Below are positions 52,976 to 64,000 of a stretch of DNA of 64,000 nt, piece after piece. Made by a program: the position numbers and the translations under genes. Source of the DNA: Tubiluchus corallicola (Eukaryota; Animalia; Priapulida); contig JAQGDQ010000003.1 in NCBI GenBank assembly GCA_030141605.1, positions 2,790,001 to 2,854,000 of the forward strand. The letters are read 5' to 3'. The notes below the pieces were generated by a model. The model saw nothing but the letters and a program-made list of their open reading frames with translations, searched no databases and was not told the origin of the DNA. Positions within the stretch are counted from its first letter, which is position 1. The number at the start of each line of letters is the position of its first letter.

Positions 52976-55900
52976 CTACGTCACTGATGGTTCACTTGTC
53001 GGAATAACTACAATTTCCATTAATGCCCTCTGTTTATTACGATAAGCTCTACGTATTGTTTCTACAGCTTGCATGTGACTGGCACTATTCATGGAGATTC
53101 CATCCACTGATACAATTTCATACCCAGCCTAGCACAGAGAAAATGCAGTAGTTAATAGATAAAAGCAAAAACTGTGTGCTACTTAGAGGGACAAAGACAC
53201 TTAATCTTTGGTAAATAGTTGTCATTAAATTTGCAAGTCCAAAAACAAATTTATCATAGTTTTGTTAATAAAAGTTTTTTTTCTGTTTCTCTACAAAACA
53301 CATCCATACTGCAGCACTGCAAAGACTGTTCCCTTTTCCATGCCAAATACAGGTGAGTACAGTTATTTAGATGTTAAAAAATTACTATTCATTAATAACT
53401 AGAAACAAGACCATAAATTTTCTTTTGTTTTACCTTGAGATAGGGACTAGTAGATGCAGCGCCACCTGGAAAAACTCGATCAATTTTAATCATCGGTTGA
53501 GTTTTGCTCTCCGCACCACCGGAGATACTAATGCCTAAAAATATAAGAAAGAAAGAAGAAAATATTTCTCATAGGAAGTCACATCATGTGGAATTATGAA
53601 TGTGAAATTCCTTGCTTAAAGTGACAATTTACAACCCTGAAAAGTATAAATTTCATTTTGCATGAAAAACAAATTACTAAATAAATAAAAGTGTAAATGC
53701 CAACATGATCTTCTTAACACCAAGGAAGGATGAAATCACCTGTGAAAAGTAGCACAAGACACAATTATGAAAAGTAGATGTATTAAACTTACCAAGTGAA
53801 GACTTAGATTTTGGTAACTGCACTGTAACTTTAGTCTTGGCTATATTTGTTGACTTTTCCAGAGAATTTCTATGGCCCGTAGATAGATGATCAACTGCAT
53901 CTAATGCATGGGGTTCAGTTTCAATTACAGCACTACCTTTTTGTCCATTTAGCACAGAATTTGTCACCTCTAAAATTATGTCTGGAGTTGAGGTGCCTTC
54001 CGAGCTTTTGTCGTTATGTATTGCATGATCTTTAGACTTCAAAGCATTAAAGTCTGAATCATTATGGTCATCTGAAACAATATTTGTCTTAGTTACACTG
54101 TAAGGTTGATAGACACTTTTCTTTTGTATGCAATTGTCGGGACTATCGTTGGTACCATGTTTTTGAGGTGTTGCACCAGTTGATTTTAAATAAGTACACA
54201 TTACACATGTAGTAGGGTTACTTTCTGAAGATGTTTTAACGGGAAATATTTTTCCACATTCAACGCACTCTAGATCTGAAACAGCAGTAGTCACTTTTCC
54301 GTCATTAACATCATTATTGTTAGTTGTCGCATTCACTATTTCTACACTAGGGCTGGCTGATATTGTACTTCCATCTGAAGGTTCATATTTCATAGGTATC
54401 ACAATTTCTAACACTTCAGCTGCTTTTTCGGCAGCATCCGATTGCCCGGTAAGTTCTGAAATACGTTTTTGGACGATGTTGATTGGGTGTGCATCTAGAT
54501 CATCAAGGGCTGTAGATGGTTTTTGGTAATTTGTAAGAGTATAACTATTATGGCGTTCAGTTTCTTTATCATACAGGTGAATATCTTGTTTTGCAGTTTT
54601 AGTAGCAGAGTTCACTGGTTCATTCTGCGCTACTTCCCCATTAAACTTTGCATACAAATTCACATTAGGCTTAGAATGAATAACTTCAGGAAATGGTTTG
54701 TAATCTTCGCGAGTAAGTTTTTCGCCAATTATCTTAACATTTTTATCAGTTGAAATTCCACTATGCAAATCTCTCATCATAAGAGCATCAGACCTTTCAG
54801 ATAAATCTTTCTCTGTCTTAAAATGTTTGGTAACTATCGAATATTGTGGGGAGTCAGTTACACCAATTTTCCTGGAAAACTTAGCGTACGAAGAATCTAT
54901 CGTTGTATATGAGTTTTCAGGCAGTTGTTCTTTAATGGACGAAGATTCTGTCTCGGATAAAATTGGATCATTCTTCAACTGTTCAGAGGATTCAATTAGA
55001 TGACTCCGCAATGGTTTCGGTGGAACTTTTCCCTTAGGAGGAGGCGGAAAAGATTCTGATATAGCAGCAAGATGACGAGAGTTTGTTTCATGATCAACTG
55101 GACTAGTTATGTTGTTTTGCTCAACCAAAGCATCATCGTCATGTGTTGTGTAAATAGGATTGTCGATAACAAAGTCCGAGTCAGAGCCGTAGCTATGATA
55201 AGTGCCATCGCTGTCCTGTTTTAGCCGCTCTTCTTCGGAAGAAGTGTAGAACAAACTTTGTGAGAGCTGACTACGCTTATTCTGTTTATTCCTACCAGTC
55301 AAGCGCTTGAAAAAATTGTAATGATGTTTCTTCTCCTTCTGAATATGTTGTTTTGTACTTCCGTTTGTCAATTCTTTTTCACTAAACTCGTGTGACTGTT
55401 TTTTTGCAGGATTTTTTCGATGCTTATTATTATTATTTTCAAGTGGCACTTGTGAAGTTTCCAGCTGGAGGTCATTAAATTGATTTAACATTTTTGCTGC
55501 TTCACCTTGCCTGCTTGCATGCATGCTAAAAGGTCTTTGAGACTTCTCTTTTGGAATCCTCAGTTTCACTTCACTTGCACTTCTGCTCTCTTCAAACACA
55601 CTTTTTGGGCGTGGAACATTTTTCTTATATCTATGCTTCTCATTTGCCCCAGCATTTCTTTTCTCAATGTTAGCACCATCCAATTTTTGGTTAACATTTT
55701 CTTCAAAAAATTGTTTTGTTTGCATAAAATCGTTCCAGCTCATAGAGTCACCATTCATTATAATTTTAATGTCATTGGTAAGTTTATTTAGTTTATGTGG
55801 ATTTCTAGGAACTGCATCTTCATCAGATGTGATATGATTATGGTGCAATTTTACTTCATCAGAAATTGGTGGCTTTCCTGTTACATTATCTGTTTCTGTA

Positions 55901-58900
55901 GATGTTGAAGAACTATTTACATTTTCTGAAAATAAAAGAAAACGTTTAAAATAATGCTCCAAATTCATGATACTGTCCATAAATAATCGTAGCTGACTGT
56001 AATAAGGTAAGCTACCTTCTTTACTATATTTCATTGTAAGTTTCTAAAACTGACTCAACTTTTTTTAGTCAATAATGCCCGTCATTTACAGATGTTAGTT
56101 TTACTGACCTATATACAATGCTTGATATGAACTAAACTAAATAAAGTAGAATAAAACTAAATTCTTAAGTTGTTACATGATCACAAGAAAAAACATAGGT
56201 TCACAGAAACAGAAACAAAAAATTGAGCAGTTTATTTTTCAATGCCTATTACTTCTATAATAAGTTAGCTAGAGTAACAACAAGAGCCCAGTTACATTTT
56301 CTTTTCTCATCTATACTACTCATTACTCAGTACTTGTTACCGCAGTTTAGATAAACTGTCATTTTACTTGTTAAAATTTATTGTTTATTTTCAGTTTTCA
56401 TAATTACATTTGCCTTATATTTTACAGATTAAGAAATGATACAATTTTAAGTTTACTACCTATTACGTCTTACATATATTATAAAAGGAATCCAATGTTT
56501 ATTGTGTATGTAATTTTATCTACGAATAGCTGTGAAGCTTGCTTTGTAACACTTATTGTAGTAATTTGTTTTGCAACAAGTAACTAATTATTTTAAAAAG
56601 TAATATGCACAATGCTATCCATAAAACAGTTTGACCACTAAAACTTATACTGCTAACAAACATTATACCTGGTTCAGAATTTGAAGGTCTTGATTTCTTT
56701 GGTTTTGTTTTCCTGTCTTTGTGCATATGTACAGTTTTATGCCCATTAGCTACAGGTGATTCAGCTTCCCCCATTTTGGCTTGCAACATCTCATAAGCTT
56801 GCATTTCTATTGGAAGCACCATGTTATCATATTGGCCGACGTCAGAGGGTTGAATTATGCTTCTATAGAAGAAACAAACATTGAATAACAGTTTAGCAGG
56901 GAAACGTGAAAAGTAATTCCAATAAAGAATGTAAAAGTAAATAGTTTAACAAAAATTAACAGATCAGATGCATTTTACAAATGAAAATGTTCAATTTGCA
57001 GTTGCAAGCAAAAAACTAAACTTTGACACAAAATGGAAAAATAACATTCTTTAAACATAGAAAAATCACACTCAGTCTTAAATCTGAAAGCAATAGACAA
57101 GAAAATTAGACAATAAACATTCCACATTTACTAACTAACAGTAACAGCACTAACAGCTTCATTACCAAGTAGCATAGTCTACATCTCAAATAACTACCAA
57201 AATGAACTACAACGAATTTATGTATACAGACACAGTCCACGGTCTGTTATGTAATGTTATGTAACCATGTCCCTGCTACTACAATTTACATTAAAGAGAG
57301 AGGTGAGAATACCTTATTTCCCTTAGCAACAATAGCTGCTCTGGTGAATCTAATATGTCGAGGGCATCCATCACCAAGTCTTCTACTATGGGATGATCCT
57401 GATACTGTAAGGAAAAGCAAACCCGGCCTTAAAACTGAATAACACACAGTGTGGTTAGTGTAATTCTACTAATATACATGTACATAATTATACAACATAG
57501 TCGTATAAAATAAACTATTTCAACCTTTTCTTTTGTTAACATCGAATGAACAATCACATTTACAAGTTAAAGACCAAATAGAAAGTTCAAGTAATTTATA
57601 GTGCATACTATTCATAAAAGTGGAATGTTCACAGTGCAGTTCTAATAGCAAATAGATGAAAGAATGTGAAAAGGGGTGAACATATTTCTGCTGCATTGAA
57701 CAAATTTTTTATGTAGATGTTTGTAAAACATGCCAAAGTTATGAATAATTAACATTCAATTCAATTAATGTATTCACAATACTTCCAATAATTTTGCTAC
57801 AAATTAGTTCTTAGAATTATTAAAGTTGGAAATGTTAAATATTTGCATAGAAATTTTAGGTTGGCAAACAGCAGGACATTGTAATCGATAAATCACAACA
57901 GTAACTCAAGGCCAAATTAAGCCATGCAACAGTAAAGAAGTGCAGAATAAGATAGTACGATTTTTTAATGAAAAAACTACATTTTCAAAAACAGAACATG
58001 CAGTGAATGCAAAACAAAAGATACTGTTAGTGCTAAAAGCAGAAATTGCATAAAAATTAAATTCACAAGTCAAACTACCACCAGTAGATGATCATTAGTT
58101 TTATCTGGTACCAAAAAATAGAGTTACAAATTTGTTAGTACAGGTATTATGCAGGAATGCCAAAAGCCCAAGTACGATCAGACTGCACTAAAAAGAGAAG
58201 ACCATCACCCTAAAGCATTGTAAACTACATTTGTTGAAAAAATGTTGTGATAAATAAAGAATAGTTTAGTGATGCTGCAAAATGCGCAAATAGTTTAAGA
58301 CAAAAGTATAAAAGATGTGTGACTCTTTAGCAATAGTGGAAAGAGCTTATGAAAGAGTAAAAAACTGTATGACGAACTCTTAACTGAGTTGTCGAATTCT
58401 CATAGTTATCATAAATCAAGCATTTATGCAGTGACATTGCTCAGCATGATGTATGCCAACGATATATCTGTTTATTCAATAAGATAAATTATAGTCGGAT
58501 TCTTAGGTGTTCTAGGAGAGGAAATGTGATAAAAAATTTAGTGCATTCCAGTAGATTATTCATCATACAACCACCATACGATCAAGTTAATCATTGGGAA
58601 AGATTGCTGGACTGTTATGCCAATAAAAAGAGGTTCCCTTTTGATCTCGCAGAATGCTGTGTTTGTCATTTAAGTGTCATGTAAAATTTGTAATGCATAA
58701 GTTAATGTGTATTTAACTGCTCATCCCTGGAGGAGTATCATCAATTATATAACCCCTACTTGGTACTTCGTGTCTTATAAATTTTGTTCGCTGCAATAAA
58801 ATTTTATATAAAGTACTCATCTTTCATTCCACCACCATTGCATTTTATCCATACAGCATGCTTCCAGTTGTGCAATTTCTTACAGTAAAGACTAAAGAAA

Positions 58901-61900
58901 GAATTTCTAGACTGCCATATATAGAAAGTACAGCACCAATTTCTGGTTGCAAATATTCATAGCCTAGAATTTCTAGCAGAAACAACACCTGGTGTCACTT
59001 ATGTCTTAATCATTATCAAATAATAATTGGGACAGACTGATACAGCTGGTTGCAAAATGCAAACCGATTAAAAATTAACAAAGTCCACTGGAAGTATCAT
59101 CATTCACAATGAATGAGTATGGCGACCTAGTAATTACTATGAAGATGATCGTCAGCAATAGTTCAGTAGTTTTATTGTCGGATTGTATCCATTTTAAGCT
59201 GGATGTTAATTATTGCTCACACTGCATCAGCAGCTCATTGTTTAGCCTTGTCAATACCATATTTGCGAGGATTAGTCAAGATTTGTGTGCTAGCAAGAAT
59301 GTAGCATATAATATGATGTTATGATATAATATAATAAGATATGATATTTTGAAGGTGGTGTGTAGTTATTTGTAGCATTTGTTGTTAGAACTTACTAGTT
59401 TCTATTACGTGAGGTAATTGTGCCACTGGTATTCCAAAAACAGGAGCATCAACAACAACAAAATTTTCAGCTTGGATGTGAAATGATAGGTTAGAAAGAA
59501 AAAGTCGTAACTAACTTTTTACTTTCCAGATAATTAGTGGACACTATCTGACTTTCCTTTACTGTTCTGTGTTTTCATGGTCTTTCCATCTTGCTATATC
59601 ATCATCTGTAGAGACACCTTGTTCACTTACAGAAAAGCCTTCTTATTAGACTTGTATAATGTGTTTTTCGTTGTTTTTCTACTGTAATTACAGGTAAGAA
59701 TTTTTTGATCTCACACTGATGATAACAGGAAAATTATAAATGCCTAGTGTGATTTGGCTCATCTATGAGGTTATGGGGGTTATATGCTTGAACTTTTCAC
59801 ATTTTGTTGACAATAATTTACATTAACTGACACTGATAAATGCATAGTTTTGCTTATACTGTCTGTATGCTTATATGTACTTTCAGACGTGACTAATGAT
59901 CACCTACCCGTTTAACAAGTGACATGAGGGCGTCACTTTCACTGGGAGGCAGCAGACGGGAGGCCATTTCTTCAATCATGGCCATAGGAGGTGCATGCAT
60001 AGCTGCCTGAAGCATTAGCTGAGTGCCCATACCTCGTTCAAAGCCATGAATACGAGAGTCTGCAACTTGATTTGCAGCATTTTCTGATAAAAATTGAAAA
60101 GACTGTTAACTGAAAATTCTTGCTAAAAATTTACAGTTTTTGTTCATTTGATTAATAGTAAAGCAATTTGTAAAATTCAAACTATTTCCAGTAATTTTTT
60201 GTGTAGGCCTACCCAGACTACTGTATTTCAGTTGAAAATAATGCAGTTAACAGCAGGTAGTGACATACTTAGGACTGTTCTTAAATCGCAAACCAAAAAT
60301 CGCTGATAGATAATTGCATCACTCCAGTTAGTTTTCCCAGGTTGTTTCTATCCATTCTCTGCCAACATCAACATGATAGATTCTCTTCAGAGCTTACATT
60401 CTGATCAGCTCAATTAGTACCTACTATTTTTGCTCTTGCTCTGTTACCAACAAGCAGCTATTGACATATTTATTGTTTAGTACAATTTTCATAAAGAAGT
60501 TAACGAAGCAGTACAAAGGCTGGAGGAATAACTGCAAGTAATTAGGAAAACTTAACTAGGATAAAAACTAAAGCGTGATAATTAATGCACAACATACCAT
60601 CACCTTCAGTTTGTACGTTAGCCTGTTCTCTGTAAACATAGGCATTTTCTCGAGTCACGTGAGGGTTTACATCACCCGTGCTCTCTCGGCTACGTCTAAG
60701 CTTGGCTCGGATTTTGCTGAGTGTGGACTGTTGAACAGAATCGGCTTCAGTCTTTGGTTTATACTTCTTCATTGCTTTAAGAACTTTCTTTTTTAGGCTT
60801 CTGTTAGAATCATGGTGACTGTCTTTCACTAAAACAAAAAAAGCTTTAAGGGTACCTGTAACTCACAATTTGCGACTATGACTTAAAAGCAAAGAAAAGG
60901 GGGTGTTAGTTTATGTGTTTATGTGCAAGAAGTCATGATAAAAATTGTACCCTGATCACTCAATTTATTATTAGAATAAAGTTTCAACTCACTAGAGCAC
61001 ATACAGCAAAAGCCAAGCTGCCATAAACAGGCACATGAGGCTTTCTGTGTCAAATAGAACTTTTCACTTACAACTTTTTGTATCAAAAAGAAGTTACACA
61101 AGTGTTTAGAAACCACGTTCTTGAACAATGCTGCCCATCAACGATGTCCCACATCATTTCGTGAATATAGAAAATTAATAATAATAATTCTTCCAAAGCA
61201 GTACCCTCTTTTCGATGTCTCCTGTCATCAACAGTGCCTGCTAAATCACCAGTTGAACGGGATAAGGTTTTACTTAGTGCATTTTCTAAATGTTTGAGTT
61301 CACTGGAATCCTCATCAAGCAGACCTGCAATTGATCTTGGCCTGGATTTTTTACCACGTGGTGAAAGTGAAGGCAGAATTGCATCTGAAAAATGTGATAC
61401 ATTGTTTTACACCTTGATCACTTAGTAAGTGATTTATTTAATTTCTGATTTTATACTAATCAAAAGATTTGGTGGTAGTTTCATTGATTTGTATATTGAA
61501 TGACAAACAAATTTTTGCATTTAAAAAAGCTGTAGATTTAGAATTCCTTTATTTAAACAATAAATGTTCTATAGCCGAAAGTTTTTATCTCATCACCAAC
61601 CTGGCCAAGTATTACATCAGTTTCATTCAACCCTACAACAACAGTTTCTAAATTAACACTTTTAAAACAATTTTCGTTTAACAAATTTCTACATGGTTTT
61701 GATTTCAATTGCGGCAAACAAATTTATTGATATAGTATGGATACACATACCATTGGAAGAGTATACAACAGCTCCATTTGGTTGTTTACTTGTATTTGTT
61801 TCTTTGGCTGAAATACTATCTGCTTCCGTTTGCGTATGAGCCGTAATTTTTCTCTCACTGGCATTTGCAGACATGGCCCCCGTTGATGCCGTCCGGCGCA

Positions 61901-63818
61901 GTGCAAAGTTTGCCTGCTTTGCTCCTAAAAAAGAAAAAGTATATTTCAAAAGCTGAAATTTTAAGAAATGAAGAATTCCTGAAATGGTCTACATTACCAA
62001 AATGCACATGTTTTTATAAGGTTCAAAAATTTATAGCAAAAGACATCTCACATAACTTCATTATTGAGAATTAAAACTAAATAAAATTAATGAACATATT
62101 TCAACTTTTAACAGTTAGATCACTTTGCTTTGCTCCAGTAGAGATCAGCGTTTGGCAATGGAAATGTTATAAAGACTGTTGACAATCTTGCGACTTTTTT
62201 GTAGCATTGAATTTTTAAAGAAATTTTTAACTCAAGTGATAATGATTTCAACAAATGATACACCAATCATTGCATTGTGTTTGAATACAGACTTGTGATA
62301 CATGCTTATCACACTCTGTAAAATATAACAAGCAAAAAGTTATGTGGATCATATCCTATTAATCATTCATGAAGACCTCAACCTGCCAGTTACCAAGTAG
62401 TATATTTGCACACAATGCATAAATCAGTCATGCAATGACCAGCACAACCAAATTCCTGTGTCTAGCACAAAAATTACATTTGTATACATTATTCACATGT
62501 CAGTCAATCATTCCCAAACACATTATTGTTGTGAAGAGAAAGAAAATCGGTTCAAAGATGGTGGTTTATCAAAGGCAAAATGAGGCGAGCAGCATACTGT
62601 GAGCAAGACTCAGAAATTGTACCTAACTTAAGAGTAGACTTATGCTACTGTGATCTATGTGGTGACTTGTGGTCAACAGGTTTGCAGAATAGAGGTTTGC
62701 AGCCCATTATTATACCAATTAACTTTCACAACACGAATGAAACAGCAATTATGACTTTTAAAATTTCTAATAGGGGCAAAAGTGGTTTAGGTCAAATATG
62801 ATGCTTTATCTTTTATGTCATTAAGGAGAATAAATTATTCTAGAAATTAAATTTCTAAGTGCTTAATAATTTGAGCAGCTAAACTGCATTCAGTATACAT
62901 GATTGAAAAAAATTGCACATAGTGCATAGTACAGCGTAACAGGAAAAAAAAGTTATGTCACTCATAATATTTTACTAAAATTGGTGAAACTTGATATTTA
63001 AGATCCTGCATAAAGCCAACAGGAAATTCCCCATATACAGATTGAGCTATATGCTATAATTCAAGAAGAAGCAGTTTGTTGTCCCATGTAGAAATGCATA
63101 TTGTGCTGATAAAACAAACCTTAGCAAAATGCACCAAACATCTAAAGCAAGACTTACTTTCAACAAGTTTGATAAAAGGTGCTAAAATAATTAAATTATT
63201 TATAAATAAGCACATATTGACTACATGTATCAGAATATTAATAAAGATGGACTATTATTACACAGAAAGATGAAAAACATTATGTGTACAAAAAACTTTG
63301 TTTAGCATTACTTTGGCTAGCGCAAAATCATTAACTCTGTTTAAAATATTTTATTATTTTTTATGAAACTAATAAAGCTAGACATTTGTCTGAGCATGTT
63401 TATAAAGCCAGAAAGCAATGTATGAGAAAAACAAATTCAGAGCTGAGATAGCAGGGTTAAAAATTAAAGCATCATTCAGTACAAAAGTAAAGAACATTAA
63501 TCCTATAGGCTCCACTATAATACACATACCAGCACATGCGTGATCTGCTATTCAGATTTTATTGATAGGCAACATTAATCACGAACGCAAAACAGTGCTT
63601 GATAAGCTACATTAATCAAAACATCAAAACTCACTAAGTAAGCAAAACTTTAATGAGCATTAATAATCTTTCAAACATGAAACCACAAATTGATATGACT
63701 TATGGCATTATGATGTAAAACTGTGATGCACTAACTTACTTGTTCGCTGTCTTTCCAGACTAGATTCCCAGTTGTATTCAGCAAACAGTTCCTTATATGC
63801 CGGATACCTTCCCACATC
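52976..63818 (-). CDS. PDZD7: PDZ domain-containing protein 7 (Usher/ankle-link scaffold), 3' part; gene begins beyond the right edge
   Basis: Exons 63818-63740, 61924-61751, 61384-61205, 60828-60598, 60083-59908, 57404-57313, 56862-56669, 55925-53793, 53534-53434, 53128-52976 (phase-consistent). [15 protein letters not shown] follows PDZ2. The harmonin-homology domain reads [46 protein letters not shown]3 reads [53 protein letters not shown], closely matching human PDZD7. Confidence 0.92.
58480..59310 (-). mobile_element. Highly decayed Gypsy-like LTR retrotransposon pol fragment (RNase H to integrase zinc-binding region)
   Basis: Frameshifted minus-strand pieces read ELL.I, LLGRH, then LQILHDT..H. 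This order fits RNase H followed by the integrase HHCC region. Heavily degraded. Confidence 0.35.
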
Positions 63819-64000
63819 CTGTGACAAATAACAAAGGTGAGCTTAGACGGACCTAGTCTTAGCATGCTAGTCTAAAGATAGGAAGGCAAAACATCATTAC
63901 AAGCACTTCAATATTTGCAAATTTTGAACCAGGTTAAAGGAAAGGCTACACTTGATTTTTGTGATGAGGCAGTTACATGGATTTTTTTTGGTACAGGTTT

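Noticed and set aside
53677-56034. 785-aa ORF as a standalone gene
   Set aside because: It is an internal PDZD7 exon (55925-53793) bounded by canonical splice sites; the ORF ends run into intron sequence.

Overview
AT-rich, intron-containing animal (invertebrate-like) genomic DNA, not prokaryotic. Following splice sites and reading frames by hand gives five host genes in alternating orientation. (1) The 5' end of SUCLG1, succinyl-CoA ligase alpha (minus; exons 8604-8568 and 551-442, continuing off the left edge). (2) A complete 9-exon alpha-arrestin/ARRDC gene (+, 10911-24359, 410 aa, with PPxY motifs). (3) A complete 10-exon PTCD2 (-, 39273-27916, 404 aa). (4) A 2-exon RSF1-like chromatin factor (+, 43030-49595, 1144 aa). 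(5) The 3' part of PDZD7 (-, >63818-52976). Introns hold layered transposons: a young 5'-truncated CR1-group LINE with a dead FAND motif, nested inside a pogo/Tigger-type MITE; two inverted copies of another MITE; a Tc2-like MITE; an internally deleted AcademX element; a tRNA-SINE head; and decayed CR1/L2/Gypsy pieces. No CRISPR or prokaryotic defence system is present. The best candidates for something undescribed are an eh1 (Groucho-binding) motif at the C-terminus of an intron-poor RSF1, a zinc-ribbon-bearing 2.1-kb exon in PDZD7, a possible decayed SAMD9-like gene beside the RSF1 promoter, and a palindromic two-strand poly(A) signal between RSF1 and PDZD7. All gene and element family assignments come from remembered motifs, not database searches.
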